A DNA stretch of 64,000 bases from an uncultured bacterium (GTDB lineage Bacteria > Chloroflexota > UBA5177 > JANWHV01). Positions 19,583 to 30,146 of the stretch are shown one piece after another. A program made the position numbers and the translations under genes. Position 1 is the first letter of the stretch, and the number at the start of each line of letters is the position of its first letter. Where the stretch lies: positions 192,001 through 256,000 of the forward strand of contig CAWHAE010000009.1 of the NCBI GenBank assembly GCA_963827235.1, read 5' to 3'. The notes beneath the pieces are model-generated. The model searched no databases, was not told where the DNA came from, and saw only the letters and a program-made list of their open reading frames with translations.

Positions 19583-21172
19583 TCAGATCCCGCCGATGTC
19601 GCGCCGCCGGAGTCCGCCCAGCCCGGCGAGGGTGAGGCCGGCCGCAATGGCTGAGAGCACGAGCAGCGGCACGAGTGTCAAGCTCGCAGCAGGCAGCTGG
19701 GGCACGCGTTCGAACGGAGAGAGGTCCTGAAGCCAGAGTGGCAGATGGAGGATCGCGCCGAGGAACCCGACAACGACGCACGCCGCAAGGATCGCCCATG
19801 ACGCGCCGACCCAACGCGGCAGCAGCCCATCGAGGGCGATCGCGAGTCCGACCATGATCCACATAGGCGGCGCGTAGACGAGGGCGGCCCCGACCAAGCG
19901 CGGAACGCTCTGCATGCCGCCGCCCGCTACGCCATAGGTAAGGCTGGTTGCCAGACCAGCGACGGCGAGCAGCACGACGCTGCCCGCGAAAGCCACCGTG
20001 AGGTGGCTCCCCGCGAAACGCCAGCGCGAGACGGGCGTCGCAAGCACCAAATCGGCCCGCATCGACGTCTCCTCGCTTCGCACGCGCAGCGCGGACTGGA
20101 CGGCGAAGCCCGTGGCGAGAAGCGCCATGATTCGGAAGGAGGCAGCGAAATAGGAGTCCGTAAGGTTCCCACCTCCGGTGCCGGCCAGCACCTCGGCAAG
20201 GGCCTTGTTCTGCCCGATGAATGTGTCGACCGTGGGACCAATCCAGCCATACCCGATGCCTGTGACGAGGACGCCCGCGGCCCACCCGAATAGTGATGCG
20301 CGCTGCAGGCGCACAGCCAGCCCGAACGCGTGCCCGAGACTCGGCGCGGCCGTTGGCCTGCCTGGCCGGGGCGCCACGAGCCCCGCCCCGAGGTCGCGCC
20401 GAGCGGCCATGGTCGCGGCCGAGCCGACTAGGAGCACAGTCACCCCGGCCAAGAGCAGGAAAGGCCACCACCGCTCGCCGGCGAACGGTCGCGCCTTCTG
20501 AGCCACCCCAATCGGGGAGAACCAGGAGGCTGTTCCGTCGCCGATGTCGCCCACGGCGCGCAGCACGTACGCCGCCCCGAGCAACGCCCCGGCGACGCCA
20601 TAGACGACGCGGGTGTTTTCGGTAACCTGGACCACGAGAAGGGCGATGCCGCCGAACACGAGCCCGACCAGGATGAACGACACGCCGAACACGATCGACC
20701 CGACCGCAGGCAGGCCCTGTGCTAACAGGACGGCAGCTGTGAGCGCGCCCACGGCCACATTCATCACGGCCACCGTGAGCGCCGCGGCGAACGTGTTTGC
20801 GTGGATGCTGACCGGGAGTGAGCGCACGAGTTCGAGGCGGCCGGCCTCCTCCTCGCCCCGCGTGAGCCTGCCCAGCATGAAGATGCTCATGAGGGCAACC
20901 AACACCATACCCCCGGCGCCGAACTGAAACGCCACCTGCCCGCCGACGGTGTTCAGGCCCTGGGCAGGTCCGTTGAAGGCGATTGCGGCGGCGTTGTGTT
21001 GAGTGGCGGCAGCCGTTTGATCCAGGGCAGCCTGGGTCGGAAACAGACCCTTGATTCCAACTGCGGTAAGCGCCGCCAGCACCACGATGGCCGCGATCCA
21101 GACGAAGATCCGGATGCGGTCGCGGCGCAGGATGAAGCGGGTCAACGCAATGCTTCCCGTAAGTGAGGTCAT
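19583..21172 (-). CDS. ABC-2 permease, TnrB3/NarB (polyether ionophore exporter)-like
   Basis: [39 protein letters not shown]; two homologous halves. Confidence 0.88.
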   Translation of the reverse strand: MTSLTGSIALTRFILRRDRIRIFVWIAAIVVLAALTAVGIKGLFPTQAALDQTAAATQHNAAAIAFNGPAQGLNTVGGQVAFQFGAGGMVLVALMSIFMLGRLTRGEEEAGRLELVRSLPVSIHANTFAAALTVAVMNVAVGALTAAVLLAQGLPAVGSIVFGVSFILVGLVFGGIALLVVQVTENTRVVYGVAGALLGAAYVLRAVGDIGDGTASWFSPIGVAQKARPFAGERWWPFLLLAGVTVLLVGSAATMAARRDLGAGLVAPRPGRPTAAPSLGHAFGLAVRLQRASLFGWAAGVLVTGIGYGWIGPTVDTFIGQNKALAEVLAGTGGGNLTDSYFAASFRIMALLATGFAVQSALRVRSEETSMRADLVLATPVSRWRFAGSHLTVAFAGSVVLLAVAGLATSLTYGVAGGGMQSVPRLVGAALVYAPPMWIMVGLAIALDGLLPRWVGASWAILAACVVVGFLGAILHLPLWLQDLSPFERVPQLPAASLTLVPLLVLSAIAAGLTLAGLGGLRRRDIGGI

Positions 21173-22110
21173 CGACGTGGCGACGTCGTCATGTCGCGCC
21201 CCGGGTCGACCGTTCGGGGTTCCTTCGCCAGCTCATCGCCATAGTGCCGCAGGAACAGCTCCTCGAGTGTGGGTGGATGGCTGACGAGGCTGCGGACCCC
21301 GATCTCGCCGAGCCGGCGCACCGCAAGGTCGAGGTGATCGGTATCGACGTCGAAATGCACATGGGCGCCGTCGATCTCAAGGTTGTGAAGACCGTCCAGG
21401 TTGGCAAGGCTCTGCGCCGGACGTTCGGTCTCCGCTGTGATCGACGTTCGCGTAAGGTGCCTGAGCTCGGCGAGCGTGCCTCCTTCCACTACCCTCCCCA
21501 GCCTGATGATGCTCAACCTGTCGCAGAGGGCTTCGACCTCCGCCAGGATGTGACTGGAGAGCAACACCGTCCGCCCTTCGGTCTTTAGCTCGCGAATGTA
21601 GTCCTGGAAGACCGCCTCCATCAGCGGATCGAGTCCCGACGTCGGCTCGTCCAGTAGGAGCAACTCGGCGTCAGACGCGAGGGCCGCGACCAATCCCACC
21701 TTCTGCCGGTTGCCTTTTGAGTACGTGCGGGTCTTCTTGCTCGGGTCAAGTTGGAAGCGTTCGAGAAGTTCATCCCGGCGGCGCGGGTTGAGGTCGCCCC
21801 GCAGCCGGCCGAATAGGTCGATCACCTCTCCGCCGGTCAGGTTCGGCCACAGACTGACCTCCCCGGGCACATACGCCAACCGGCGATGCAACTCGACGGC
21901 GTCGTGCCACGGGTCCTTCCCCAGCAAGGCGACCTCCCCCGCGTCGGCTCGCAGCAGCCCGAGCAACACACGGATAGTCGTTGTCTTGCCCGAGCCGTTC
22001 GGCCCGAGAAAACCGTAGACCTCGCCGGTCTCGACCGACAAGTCGAGACCATCTAGGGCGCGCGTCGATCCGAAGGTCTTTACAAGACCAGAAGTGGAGA
22101 TCGCGGGCAT
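21169..22110 (-). CDS. ABC ATP-binding protein, TnrB2/NarA-like
   Basis: [18 protein letters not shown] signature, [27 protein letters not shown]. Confidence 0.93.
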   Translation of the reverse strand: MPAISTSGLVKTFGSTRALDGLDLSVETGEVYGFLGPNGSGKTTTIRVLLGLLRADAGEVALLGKDPWHDAVELHRRLAYVPGEVSLWPNLTGGEVIDLFGRLRGDLNPRRRDELLERFQLDPSKKTRTYSKGNRQKVGLVAALASDAELLLLDEPTSGLDPLMEAVFQDYIRELKTEGRTVLLSSHILAEVEALCDRLSIIRLGRVVEGGTLAELRHLTRTSITAETERPAQSLANLDGLHNLEIDGAHVHFDVDTDHLDLAVRRLGEIGVRSLVSHPPTLEELFLRHYGDELAKEPRTVDPGRDMTTSPRR

Positions 22111-22522
22111 CACGCTGCCATCATCCCACCAGCCCTCGCACCGAGCAGTCCCGCCAGTAAGCAAGACACGAGGGCCACGGGCAGCAGGCTTGCCATCGCT
22201 GTCCTCCCGCCGGATCCTGTCGGAACTCAGCATTCCAGCCGCTGCCAGATTACTTTCGGCCATCACAGTAGCTCAGGAAATGGCCAGAGTCAAGCAAATA
22301 GCACGGATCTTCGCGTTCCGCAGACGAGCTGCGTCTGCCGGACGGGTCGCTACCGTTCCGCACGTTCCCAGCAGCTCAGTACAACGCAGGCCCACGTAGG
22401 TGGCCGGCTCACCAGCAGCGATGATCGGCCACGCCGCTTTGTTCCAGGTCCCTCTCGCCTCCCCTCAGGAACGGAAAGAAGCGGGTAGCGAGGAGATCGT
22501 GCCGTCCTGCTATGCTGGTCTC

Positions 22523-23377
22523 ATGCAGACGGCTGAGCACTTCCTGTTAGTGGACGGGCATCACCTCTTTCATCGCACCTTCAACGCGCTGCCCCGGACC
22601 ATTCTCGGGCTCGATGGCGAGCCGATCCAGGGCGTCTATGGCTTCGCCGGCGCGCTCCTTCGGCTCGTGCGCCGGTTCGCGCCTACCCACGTCTGTATCC
22701 CGTTCGATCCACCGGACCCGCCGTTCCGCCGTGCGCTGTTCCCTTCCTACCGCACCGGTCGCCCACGCGGCACCGAGGCGGAGGTGGCCAACTTCGATGC
22801 GCAGGTGGGTCAGGTCGGGCAGGTGCTCGACTATCTGGGCATTGCCCACCCCATGGTCGCCGGCTACGAAGCAGATGACGCGCTGGGCACCCTGGCGGCA
22901 CGGGCGAATGCCGCAGCGCTCCGGACGACCATCGTCTCCGGCGATCGCGACCTCCTCCAGCTGGTCTCACCGCAGGTCACCGTGTTCATGCCCAAGGGAA
23001 AGGACGGGGAAGCCTTCACCCCGGCGCTCGTGCAGGAGCGGTGGGGGGTGACGCCGCAGCGGTTTACCGATCTGAAGGCGTTGATCGGGGACGACTCCGA
23101 CTGCATCCCCGGTGTGCCGGGCATCGGGCCGCGCACTGCAGCGGAGCTGCTGGCCCGTTGCGGCGACCTGGACGGCCTGTACGCGGCGCTGGAGACGCTG
23201 CCGGCCCGGCAGGCCGGCCTGCTGGCAGACTACCGCGAGCGCGTTTCGCTCAACCGGCGCCTGGTGACCATCGTGACCACGCTCGACTTGCCCGCGGATC
23301 TGGCAGTCTATCGCTGGTCCTGTGCTACCCCGTGGACGGCCAGCACCTTGCTTCAGGTAATCGGCCTGCGCGACTGA
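22523..23377 (+). CDS. Stand-alone 5'-3' exonuclease / flap endonuclease (Pol I N-terminal-like)
   Basis: LLVDG, YEADD, IVSGDRDLLQL, LIGDDSDCIPGVPGIGPRTA. Confidence 0.92.
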   Translation: MQTAEHFLLVDGHHLFHRTFNALPRTILGLDGEPIQGVYGFAGALLRLVRRFAPTHVCIPFDPPDPPFRRALFPSYRTGRPRGTEAEVANFDAQVGQVGQVLDYLGIAHPMVAGYEADDALGTLAARANAAALRTTIVSGDRDLLQLVSPQVTVFMPKGKDGEAFTPALVQERWGVTPQRFTDLKALIGDDSDCIPGVPGIGPRTAAELLARCGDLDGLYAALETLPARQAGLLADYRERVSLNRRLVTIVTTLDLPADLAVYRWSCATPWTASTLLQVIGLRD

Positions 23378-23570
23378 CCGCACGCCGATCGCGCGCCATC
23401 GTCCGGGCATTGTGGGGGCACCGGTATCGCCTTCTATTCCGAGAAGGGCGCCGCCGGGTAAGCCGTTGACCCAAGGGTCCGCTCGCCCTCGACCCTCCTT
23501 TCCGTGCAAGGAATCCGGCAGCGGATTGTGCGGCGCACCAGCCGCACAGGTGCTGCGCGAGATCTCGTGA

Positions 23571-23900
23571 TCATGGGGCAAACATAGCCGCCAGCGTGTC
23601 CAGCACACTCTGCTGAGCGGCAGCATCGATACTGCCAAGCTGCCGGACGAGCCGTGTCTTGTCCACCACACGAATCTGGTCGAGCGCGATCTCCCCGTGT
23701 TTGCCTTGGAATTCGCAGGGCACGCGCGTGGGATAGGCGCGTCCACGCGTGGTCATCGGAGCGATAATCACGGTCGCGATAGCGGCATTCATCTCATCAG
23801 GCGAGACAACGAGCCCGGGCCTGGTAGTCTGCATCTCCGAGCCGACCGTGGGATCAAGAGAGACAAGATAAACGGCAAACCGGCGTATTACCACTGCCAT
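23571..23900 (-). CDS. mazF: PemK/MazF family toxin
   Basis: LDPTVGSEMQTTRPGLVVSPDEMN, IAPMTT, LDQIRVVDKTRL. Confidence 0.93.
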   Translation of the reverse strand: MAVVIRRFAVYLVSLDPTVGSEMQTTRPGLVVSPDEMNAAIATVIIAPMTTRGRAYPTRVPCEFQGKHGEIALDQIRVVDKTRLVRQLGSIDAAAQQSVLDTLAAMFAP

Positions 23901-24154
23901 TCGCCTAGATCCCACGCGCTGGGCGTGAGCGTGTCGGCGTCCAGCAGCGCATCATCGTGCTGATCGGCCATGGTACGAAAGGCGTCCTCCCAGCCGGCGC
24001 GCGGATGGTGGGCCGCGGAGATGACCAGGTGATCACCGTCGAGCTGGATGTTGACGGCGTCGCGCAAGCCGGCTTGTTCGACCAGTGCTTTAGGGATTCG
24101 GATCCCCTGCGAGTTGCCAATGCGAATAAGGCGCGTAGTAACGGTGTGTGCCAC
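23888..24154 (-). CDS. mazE: AbrB/MazE family antitoxin
   Basis: IRIGNSQGIRIPKAL, PRAGWEDAF; overlaps toxin start. Confidence 0.93.
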   Translation of the reverse strand: MAHTVTTRLIRIGNSQGIRIPKALVEQAGLRDAVNIQLDGDHLVISAAHHPRAGWEDAFRTMADQHDDALLDADTLTPSAWDLGEWQW

Positions 24155-24179
24155 GGCTATCTCCCAGATGCTTGTGTGG

Positions 24180-24230
24180 TCGGGGCATACATTGTAATTA
24201 CAATGTATGCCCCGAGGCGTCGAGAGTCAA
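24180..24230 (-). promoter_or_regulatory. mazEF promoter with 36-bp perfect palindrome
   Basis: TTGACT-17 bp-TACATT; TCGGGGCATACATTGTAATTACAATGTATGCCCCGA at 24180-24215. Confidence 0.85.
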
Positions 24231-24699
24231 CGCACTACCGATCCGGCGCGCCGAGAGCGCGTGCGATCGGTGCCATGAGCCGGCGACACCGCTAGCTGCA
24301 CGCGAGCGTGTCCGGCACGTACACTGACCCGCTCATGCCTGGGCAATTCATCCGCGCCTCAATGTGCTCGCAGCGCCTGCATCAGGTGTGGGCAGCGATT
24401 CGACCATGAACGAAAGAGTGAGGCCAGGGCGCATGCCGCGCAACGTCATCACCGAGGTCGGGCTACTACCACAGCGACATTTCCGGTATCTGCTTTATGG
24501 CTGCCTCTGGAGACAGCGGACCCCACGTCTCCCTTTGGTGGCAACCCCCGGAGGGTGCAGCGCTAAGTGTCACTGCAGTGCTCAGCGCTGCCGACGGCAG
24601 CTGGGCCGGCGCGCTGGCTGCTCGCCGCAGACAGACCACGCGTTTCGGGGTACGCTGGGATGCGTGAGGTCGAACATAGAGCAGAGGAGATCCACCGGC

Positions 24700-25638
24700 A
24701 TGCCCGACGCGCTACCGCGGCAATCGATAGGAGGCGACGGCCCAAGGGTCATGCGCATTGCTCTTGGCTGTATGGGCCTGACCGGCACGTGGGATCCCGG
24801 TGCAGTGGGCCCAGAGCAGCGAACCCGCGCAATCCGGGCATTCGAAGCGGCGCTTGACGCCGGGATCACGCTCTTTGACCACGCCGATATCTACGGCGGC
24901 GGCAGCTGTGAGGAGGTCTTCAAGGACTGCCTGGCTGCCGTCCCCGGCGCGCGGGAACGAATCGTGATCGCCACGAAGGGCGCCATACGACACGGCTTCT
25001 ACGATGCCGGGCGCGAGTATCTCACCGGGTGTGTGGAACGATCGCTCGGCCGCATGGGGATCGACCACATCGATCTCTATCAAATCCACCGCCCGGATCC
25101 GCTGACCCACCCGGCGGAGACGGCATCAGCGCTGAACGACCTGCTGCGGCGAGGCCTCATTCGGGCAGTCGGCGTCAGCAACTACTTCCCCGAGCAGGTG
25201 CGCGCGCTCCAGCGATACCTGGACGTACCCATCCGCAGCAACCAGATCGAGATCAGCCTGGTGAGGCTCGATCCCATGTACGAGGGCCTTGCCGGCGGAG
25301 ACGGCACGCTGGATCAGTGCATGGCCCTGGGCATGACCCCGCTGGCCTGGAGTCCGCTGGGCGGAGGCAGACTCTTCGGCAGCAGGCCCCATCCAGGCGG
25401 CCAGGAACGCGTTGCGGCCATTCGCACCGCACTGGCAAGCCAGGCCTCGCGCCACAACGCCACGCCGGTGCAAATCGTCCTGGCCTGGCTGCTCGCCCAT
25501 CCGGCAGGCATCATTCCCTTGGTGGGAAGCGCCGATCCCCGCCACATCGAGGAAGCGGTGGGCGCCACGCGAGTCAAGCTCAGTCGCGAAGATTGGTATG
25601 CCCTCTGGGTGGCGGCCTGGGGACGGGAAGTGCCGTGA
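24700..25638 (+). CDS. Aldo/keto reductase
   Basis: GAGGAG RBS; FDHADIYG, IATK, DLYQIHRPD, GVSN, AWSPLGGG. Confidence 0.93.
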   Translation: MPDALPRQSIGGDGPRVMRIALGCMGLTGTWDPGAVGPEQRTRAIRAFEAALDAGITLFDHADIYGGGSCEEVFKDCLAAVPGARERIVIATKGAIRHGFYDAGREYLTGCVERSLGRMGIDHIDLYQIHRPDPLTHPAETASALNDLLRRGLIRAVGVSNYFPEQVRALQRYLDVPIRSNQIEISLVRLDPMYEGLAGGDGTLDQCMALGMTPLAWSPLGGGRLFGSRPHPGGQERVAAIRTALASQASRHNATPVQIVLAWLLAHPAGIIPLVGSADPRHIEEAVGATRVKLSREDWYALWVAAWGREVP

Positions 25639-25850
25639 CGCCCTCGCCGCGAGCCGGCACGGCGGCTGTGCCCCCCCTCGAGCGTGCCGGCCGTAGGACT
25701 CTCTCCGTGCCGGCCCGGCCAGTTCGCTCGAGACGTCGCCAAGTCCGCCCCGTCGCTGGAGTGTCACAGGGCATCCCAATCCCGCGTCCAGAGCCGTGTG
25801 CGGGATGTGGTAGATGCTGAGGTGCCCCTTGGGCATCAGGCACCCGATAC

Positions 25851-25970
25851 GCCCGTACCCTGCCGTCCTAATACAGCTGGAGGCTACCGCCCCCCGCCCA
25901 ACCACGACCCACTGCGGTGGGTTCCCCGGCCGGCCCGTACCCTGCCATCCTGTCGCAACTGGAGGCTCCG
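25851..25970. repeat. REP-like dispersed repeat cluster, copy 2 (two tandem units)
   Basis: GCCCGTACCCTGCCRTCC-N10-GGAGGCT at 25851 and 25933, separated by hairpin GACCCAC-TGCG-GTGGGTT. Confidence 0.6.
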
Positions 25971-26157
25971 CGAGTTCGCCACGCCGCACACGCAAATGGG
26001 AAGCATCCTAGCAGGCTAGCGGCGAGCGGCCTGCTAGTCAGTGTGCCTTGCGAGATCAGGTCGGGAAAGCAGGCGAGAGCCCACGCCGGCGCCCGCGGAC
26101 CGTGTCACATGTACCGGTGCACCGCAGTCTGGCAGTATCATCCGCATAGGATAGCTC

Positions 26158-26826
26158 ATGAGTGACGACGGTAACGGGGTGCAGGCAACGCTGGCGCGGG
26201 TGCGCGCCTACTGGGATGGCCGCGCCCGCGCACATCTGCCTGACCTGGAAAAGCTGGAGTGGTCGCACTGGCGCTCGCAACGGCTCCGCTACGAGGTCTT
26301 CCTTGCGGATCACGATCTGCAGGGCAAGAGCGTGCTCGACGTGGGCTGCGGTCTGGGCCACTTCTACGAGCACCTGCACAGGCGCGGTATCGAGGTGGAG
26401 TACCTGGGCTACGACCTCTCGCCGGCGATGGTGCGCCAGTGCCGTGCGCACTATCCCGACCAGCACTTCGAGAGCGGCGACTTCCTGAGCTACTTGCCGG
26501 CCAGCCGATTCGACTACACCGTCGCCTTCGGCATCCACAGTGTCCGTGTTCCCGGCATGCGCGCCGTGCTCGATCAGGTGACGCGCCACCAGTTCGAGCT
26601 CACCGGTATCGCCGCCCACGTCAGCCTGCTCACCGACCGCTATCCATCGTTCGCGCCGCACATGCAGTCCTGGTCTGCCGAGGAGGTGCTGGCCCTGGCG
26701 TTGGCGATCACCCCGACGGTCGCACTCCACCATGACTATCTGGAGACCGACTTCAGCGTGACGCTCTATCGGGCGCCGGTGACCAAGAGCCGGCTCTCCG
26801 GCACGCTCGCCTACGACCGAGAGTAG
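26158..26826 (+). CDS. Class I SAM-dependent methyltransferase
   Basis: SVLDVGCGLG, YLGYDLSPAM, FDY. Confidence 0.9.
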   Translation: MSDDGNGVQATLARVRAYWDGRARAHLPDLEKLEWSHWRSQRLRYEVFLADHDLQGKSVLDVGCGLGHFYEHLHRRGIEVEYLGYDLSPAMVRQCRAHYPDQHFESGDFLSYLPASRFDYTVAFGIHSVRVPGMRAVLDQVTRHQFELTGIAAHVSLLTDRYPSFAPHMQSWSAEEVLALALAITPTVALHHDYLETDFSVTLYRAPVTKSRLSGTLAYDRE

Positions 26827-26996
26827 CCACGGCGAAACCGCCCAGCTTATCGCGTGCCGTGCCGTGACGGCGGTGGACCGCACGAGTTTGCCCTCCGCGC
26901 GGTCTGTCACCGGGATCGGAAAGCAGCAGCACCCTGCACGCATCCCGTAAGCACGACGGAGGGCACGCCACGCCGGGGCGGCATCAAGCACCCTTC

Positions 26997-27848
26997 TCAT
27001 GCCCGCACCAGGCTCACAAGCAGCAGCTTGGCGCGATTTGACGGATTTACGTCGAAGATCAACCGTCGCGCCAGAAACCAGCCGCTGCCGTCGCGCACGA
27101 CCACCGACACGGTCGCCACCCCGGACATGGCGAAATAGGGATGGCCTGCATACCATCCACCGCTCGCCCCGACCATGGCGAGGTCGGCGGTTCCCATGTC
27201 GGGCATGCTCGGCATCGCCATCACGAAGTGGACCTGCAGGCCGGGCCGCAACAGGATCCGTAACGTGCTCGTGCTGTCGGCTCGCTGCACGAACTCGATG
27301 GTGGCCGGCCCATAGCGCGCCGGCACCGGCGCCAAGGACAGGAAGCCCGCGCCTGGCCCGGCGAGAAAGTCAAAGGGAACGATTGTGACGCGTGCACTCG
27401 ATGCAGACCGCAGAACGATGTCCGCATGCCAGTGCCCCAGGGCAAGGATATCGCCACTGCCGGCGTAGCCGCCCGGGGCCGGCGCCAGCACGACAGTGGA
27501 GACCGGGATTGTGTCGTATGCCGGCATGCCAAGCTTCACACGCACGGAAGCTACGTTGGCGGCGCCTCCCGGGCGAATCCACACGAACAGGCGCGTCGCG
27601 CCAAGGACAGGTGAGGCGATCGCCAGCGTCACACGAAGCCGGCCGCTGACCCGCGTGGCCGCGATCTGGCCCGGCGCGGGCGAGGGCTGCGCGCACGCGG
27701 CCGGCCCGCTCCCCGAGAACCTCGCAGTCGTCGCGCTGCCGGCCGACACGACCGGCGACGAAAAGTGCGCGTATGCCACGAGGCACAGCATGAGCGCGAT
27801 ACCAGCCTGCCGCCGAGGTATGCGAGGAGGTCTGCCGCGTGGTCTCAT
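26997..27848 (-). CDS. Exported YtkA/FixH-like two-domain protein, possibly copper-binding
   Basis: Signal peptide; two Ig-like units ending LGHW / MSG; Met-rich HFVMAMPSMPDMG. Confidence 0.6.
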   Translation of the reverse strand: MRPRGRPPRIPRRQAGIALMLCLVAYAHFSSPVVSAGSATTARFSGSGPAACAQPSPAPGQIAATRVSGRLRVTLAIASPVLGATRLFVWIRPGGAANVASVRVKLGMPAYDTIPVSTVVLAPAPGGYAGSGDILALGHWHADIVLRSASSARVTIVPFDFLAGPGAGFLSLAPVPARYGPATIEFVQRADSTSTLRILLRPGLQVHFVMAMPSMPDMGTADLAMVGASGGWYAGHPYFAMSGVATVSVVVRDGSGWFLARRLIFDVNPSNRAKLLLVSLVRA

Positions 27849-28027
27849 GGTCCACCATAACCGAGAAACGATCGTGACCGGTCTTGCTCAGGGACCGGCC
27901 TCGGTGCTTCATGCCCGTCCAATGGAGACCGCCTGCTCGGACCCCCGCCGACCGCACGCCGGTGGCGCGCAGTCGGCCGGAGTCCGAGCGCGTCGCGGGC
28001 GTTTCCGGACGCCGTGTGCGGACAGGC

Positions 28028-29704
28028 CTACAGGCCGCGAGCCACCACGCCGCAGCCGATTGGAGTAGCGTGCGCACCGACCAGGTCCGGACCCATGTGG
28101 ACGTTCACGTACCAGCCGGTTGCCGGCACGCTCGCCGCGGGTATGGTCAGCGTCTCATGCGCAACACCGGCAGCGTCGGCCTTCAGCGACGGGAACGGGT
28201 AGAGGATGGGGCCGTTGGCACTGCACGTGCTCCCGCTGTGGATGTGCGCCGGGTGGATCGTGTTCGGTTCCAGTCCGGCTACGTCGACGGTGACGTCGAG
28301 CTGGCCGGTCGATGGGTTGAGCTTCAGGATAGCGACACCATTGACCTTCGAGCCGGCCTGCGGACTGATGGACGCGACGCCGAGCGTCGCCTGACCGCTC
28401 GCCGCTACTTTGTAGAGTGCGTTGGCGCCGTCGTCGACGTAGTAGAAGCCGCCGTCCGGCGCGATGGCCAGCCCGAAGAGGGTGCCCGCACCGGCCGATG
28501 CGCCCTGCACCGGCGTCGTATCCAGGTCTTCGGCAAACACCTGAATGCCGGCAGGTGTCGTCTCCACCACTTTTCCGTCGTTCGCGTTCACGGTCAGGAT
28601 GTCGCCGTTCGGCGCCACGGCCAGCCCGAGCGGACCGTTGAGCGCCCCATTCGCCGTCACGTCCCACCCCGCATGCGCCTCGTTGGTACGGGTCAGCGCG
28701 GAAGGGATAGCGCCGATGCGATTGTCCAGCGTATCGGCGACGTAGAGCGTGCCGTCAGGGGCCAGACCGACTCCCGTCGGACCGATGATCAGCGCGGCAG
28801 GGTCGGTGCGCTCGCCAAAGCCCTCGGCAATGACCATGCTGGACTTGAGGCGCGGCTGTCCATGGCCCACGGTCGGCACGCTGAGCACCAGCCGCACAAT
28901 CGTTCCCTGGTTGGTGCCGTGGATCGGACCCGCCGCGAGGGCGCCGTTGAGCACATTGGACACGAACAGCGTTACCGTGCTTCCTCGATCGTATGCCGTC
29001 ATGTCCCATGGGCCATTGATACCGTGGCCGGTGAGCGTGCTCACCACGTTGCCGTTATTGTCCAGCACGATCAAGCAGCCTGCGTCGACCGTAGCCGACG
29101 TGCCGTCCTTCGTGGGAAGGCTGCCCACGATGACAAAGCCGCGCGTCAACGTAGCCAGGGCCGTGGTCAGACCGACTCCGCCGGGACAGCCGCCCGGTAG
29201 CTGCGTGGAAGTGATACTGGCGAACAATTGCTGTGAACCGCTCGGCGAGATCTCGACGATAGTCGTGCCGGTGCCCTGCGCGTTCGCCTTGTCGTTGAAG
29301 TTGCTGACCAGCACATCACCCTGCACCAGCTTCCCCGTGGTGTGAGGCACCACCGCCACGCCATAGGGATTGACGTCGCCGTTGGACGGCACCGTGGACC
29401 CCACGGTGGTGGTCAGCGGCGTGGTCTGCGCAAGCTGCACGCTCCTTGCCCTTACACCCGGTCGAAGGTCCGCCACGGGATGCTTGATCAGCTGAGGCAG
29501 CAACGCCCGCGATGGACTCGCCTGATGCGCCGAAGCTCCCGCCGAGACGACCGAGCCGCCGCTCAAACCCGCTGCTACGATCCCGCCTGCCAGCAGCGCG
29601 GCGCCCAGCAGTCGCGCCGGCCGCCGGGCGCGGCCGGGTGATCGGCGCACCGGCCTTGCCTTGTCTCCACCGGCGCCGCGCACCGACAGTCTTGCAGCTT
29701 CCAT
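28028..29704 (-). CDS. Secreted NHL-like beta-propeller fused to a CHRD/Cu-SOD-like domain
   Basis: Signal peptide; NGDVNPYGVA, INGPWD, GPTGVGL, LNGPLGL, TLFGLA; C-terminal HPAHIHSGSTC..LKADAAG..VNVH..IGCGVV. Confidence 0.75.
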   Translation of the reverse strand: MEAARLSVRGAGGDKARPVRRSPGRARRPARLLGAALLAGGIVAAGLSGGSVVSAGASAHQASPSRALLPQLIKHPVADLRPGVRARSVQLAQTTPLTTTVGSTVPSNGDVNPYGVAVVPHTTGKLVQGDVLVSNFNDKANAQGTGTTIVEISPSGSQQLFASITSTQLPGGCPGGVGLTTALATLTRGFVIVGSLPTKDGTSATVDAGCLIVLDNNGNVVSTLTGHGINGPWDMTAYDRGSTVTLFVSNVLNGALAAGPIHGTNQGTIVRLVLSVPTVGHGQPRLKSSMVIAEGFGERTDPAALIIGPTGVGLAPDGTLYVADTLDNRIGAIPSALTRTNEAHAGWDVTANGALNGPLGLAVAPNGDILTVNANDGKVVETTPAGIQVFAEDLDTTPVQGASAGAGTLFGLAIAPDGGFYYVDDGANALYKVAASGQATLGVASISPQAGSKVNGVAILKLNPSTGQLDVTVDVAGLEPNTIHPAHIHSGSTCSANGPILYPFPSLKADAAGVAHETLTIPAASVPATGWYVNVHMGPDLVGAHATPIGCGVVARGL

Positions 29705-29986
29705 GGTCCGTTTGCCTTTCCGCTTTCGCCCCCACGCCGTGCCGAACGGCACGCAAGTCCAGCCTATCAACCTGCTCTCTAAGGCGTCGCAAGCACTGCC
29801 GCAGGGATTGACCCCCGCGCGACGAACGGCGAAGGCAGGACCCCGGCAGGGCCGAGCATCGGAGAAGAGGCCGCCCTTGTCCATCGAGCTGAACGGCGTG
29901 ATCGCCGGCCATGTGGCCGCCTTCAACGCCTTGGCCAATCGACCCGCCGGCCAGGCGGCGGTACTCCTTGCGACCACGATCGGCGC

Positions 29987-30070
29987 GTGCAGTCCGGTGG
30001 TCGCGAACATGGCCGTGCCGTTGCTCAGAGTGCCGGTGCCGCGCACGGTCGATCCCGCCACGAAGACCAT
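29987..30070 (-). pseudogene. Fragment of a bacterial Ig-like (Big_3) domain
   Basis: VFVAGSTVRGTGTLSNGTAMFATTGL resembles VTF.DG.T.LGT.TL.NG.ATFTT..L. Confidence 0.45.
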
Positions 30071-30146
30071 GATGCGCGGCGGCGTTCCGGAGGCATCATT
30101 CTTCCGGTCGCTCGCTCGAGGCGTCAGCGTGGGCTATCATGAGTGT

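Noticed and set aside
25845-25890. Minus-strand VASSCIRTAGYG resembling a KTSC domain start
   Set aside because: No continuation of the domain; the other repeat copy has frame-breaking indels
29661-30146. Apparent N-terminal extensions or fusions in the ORF track (LLM from 29661, propeller from 30070, MBL from 41979, permease from 40443)
   Set aside because: Family homology begins at downstream starts; the extensions overlap other genes or scars
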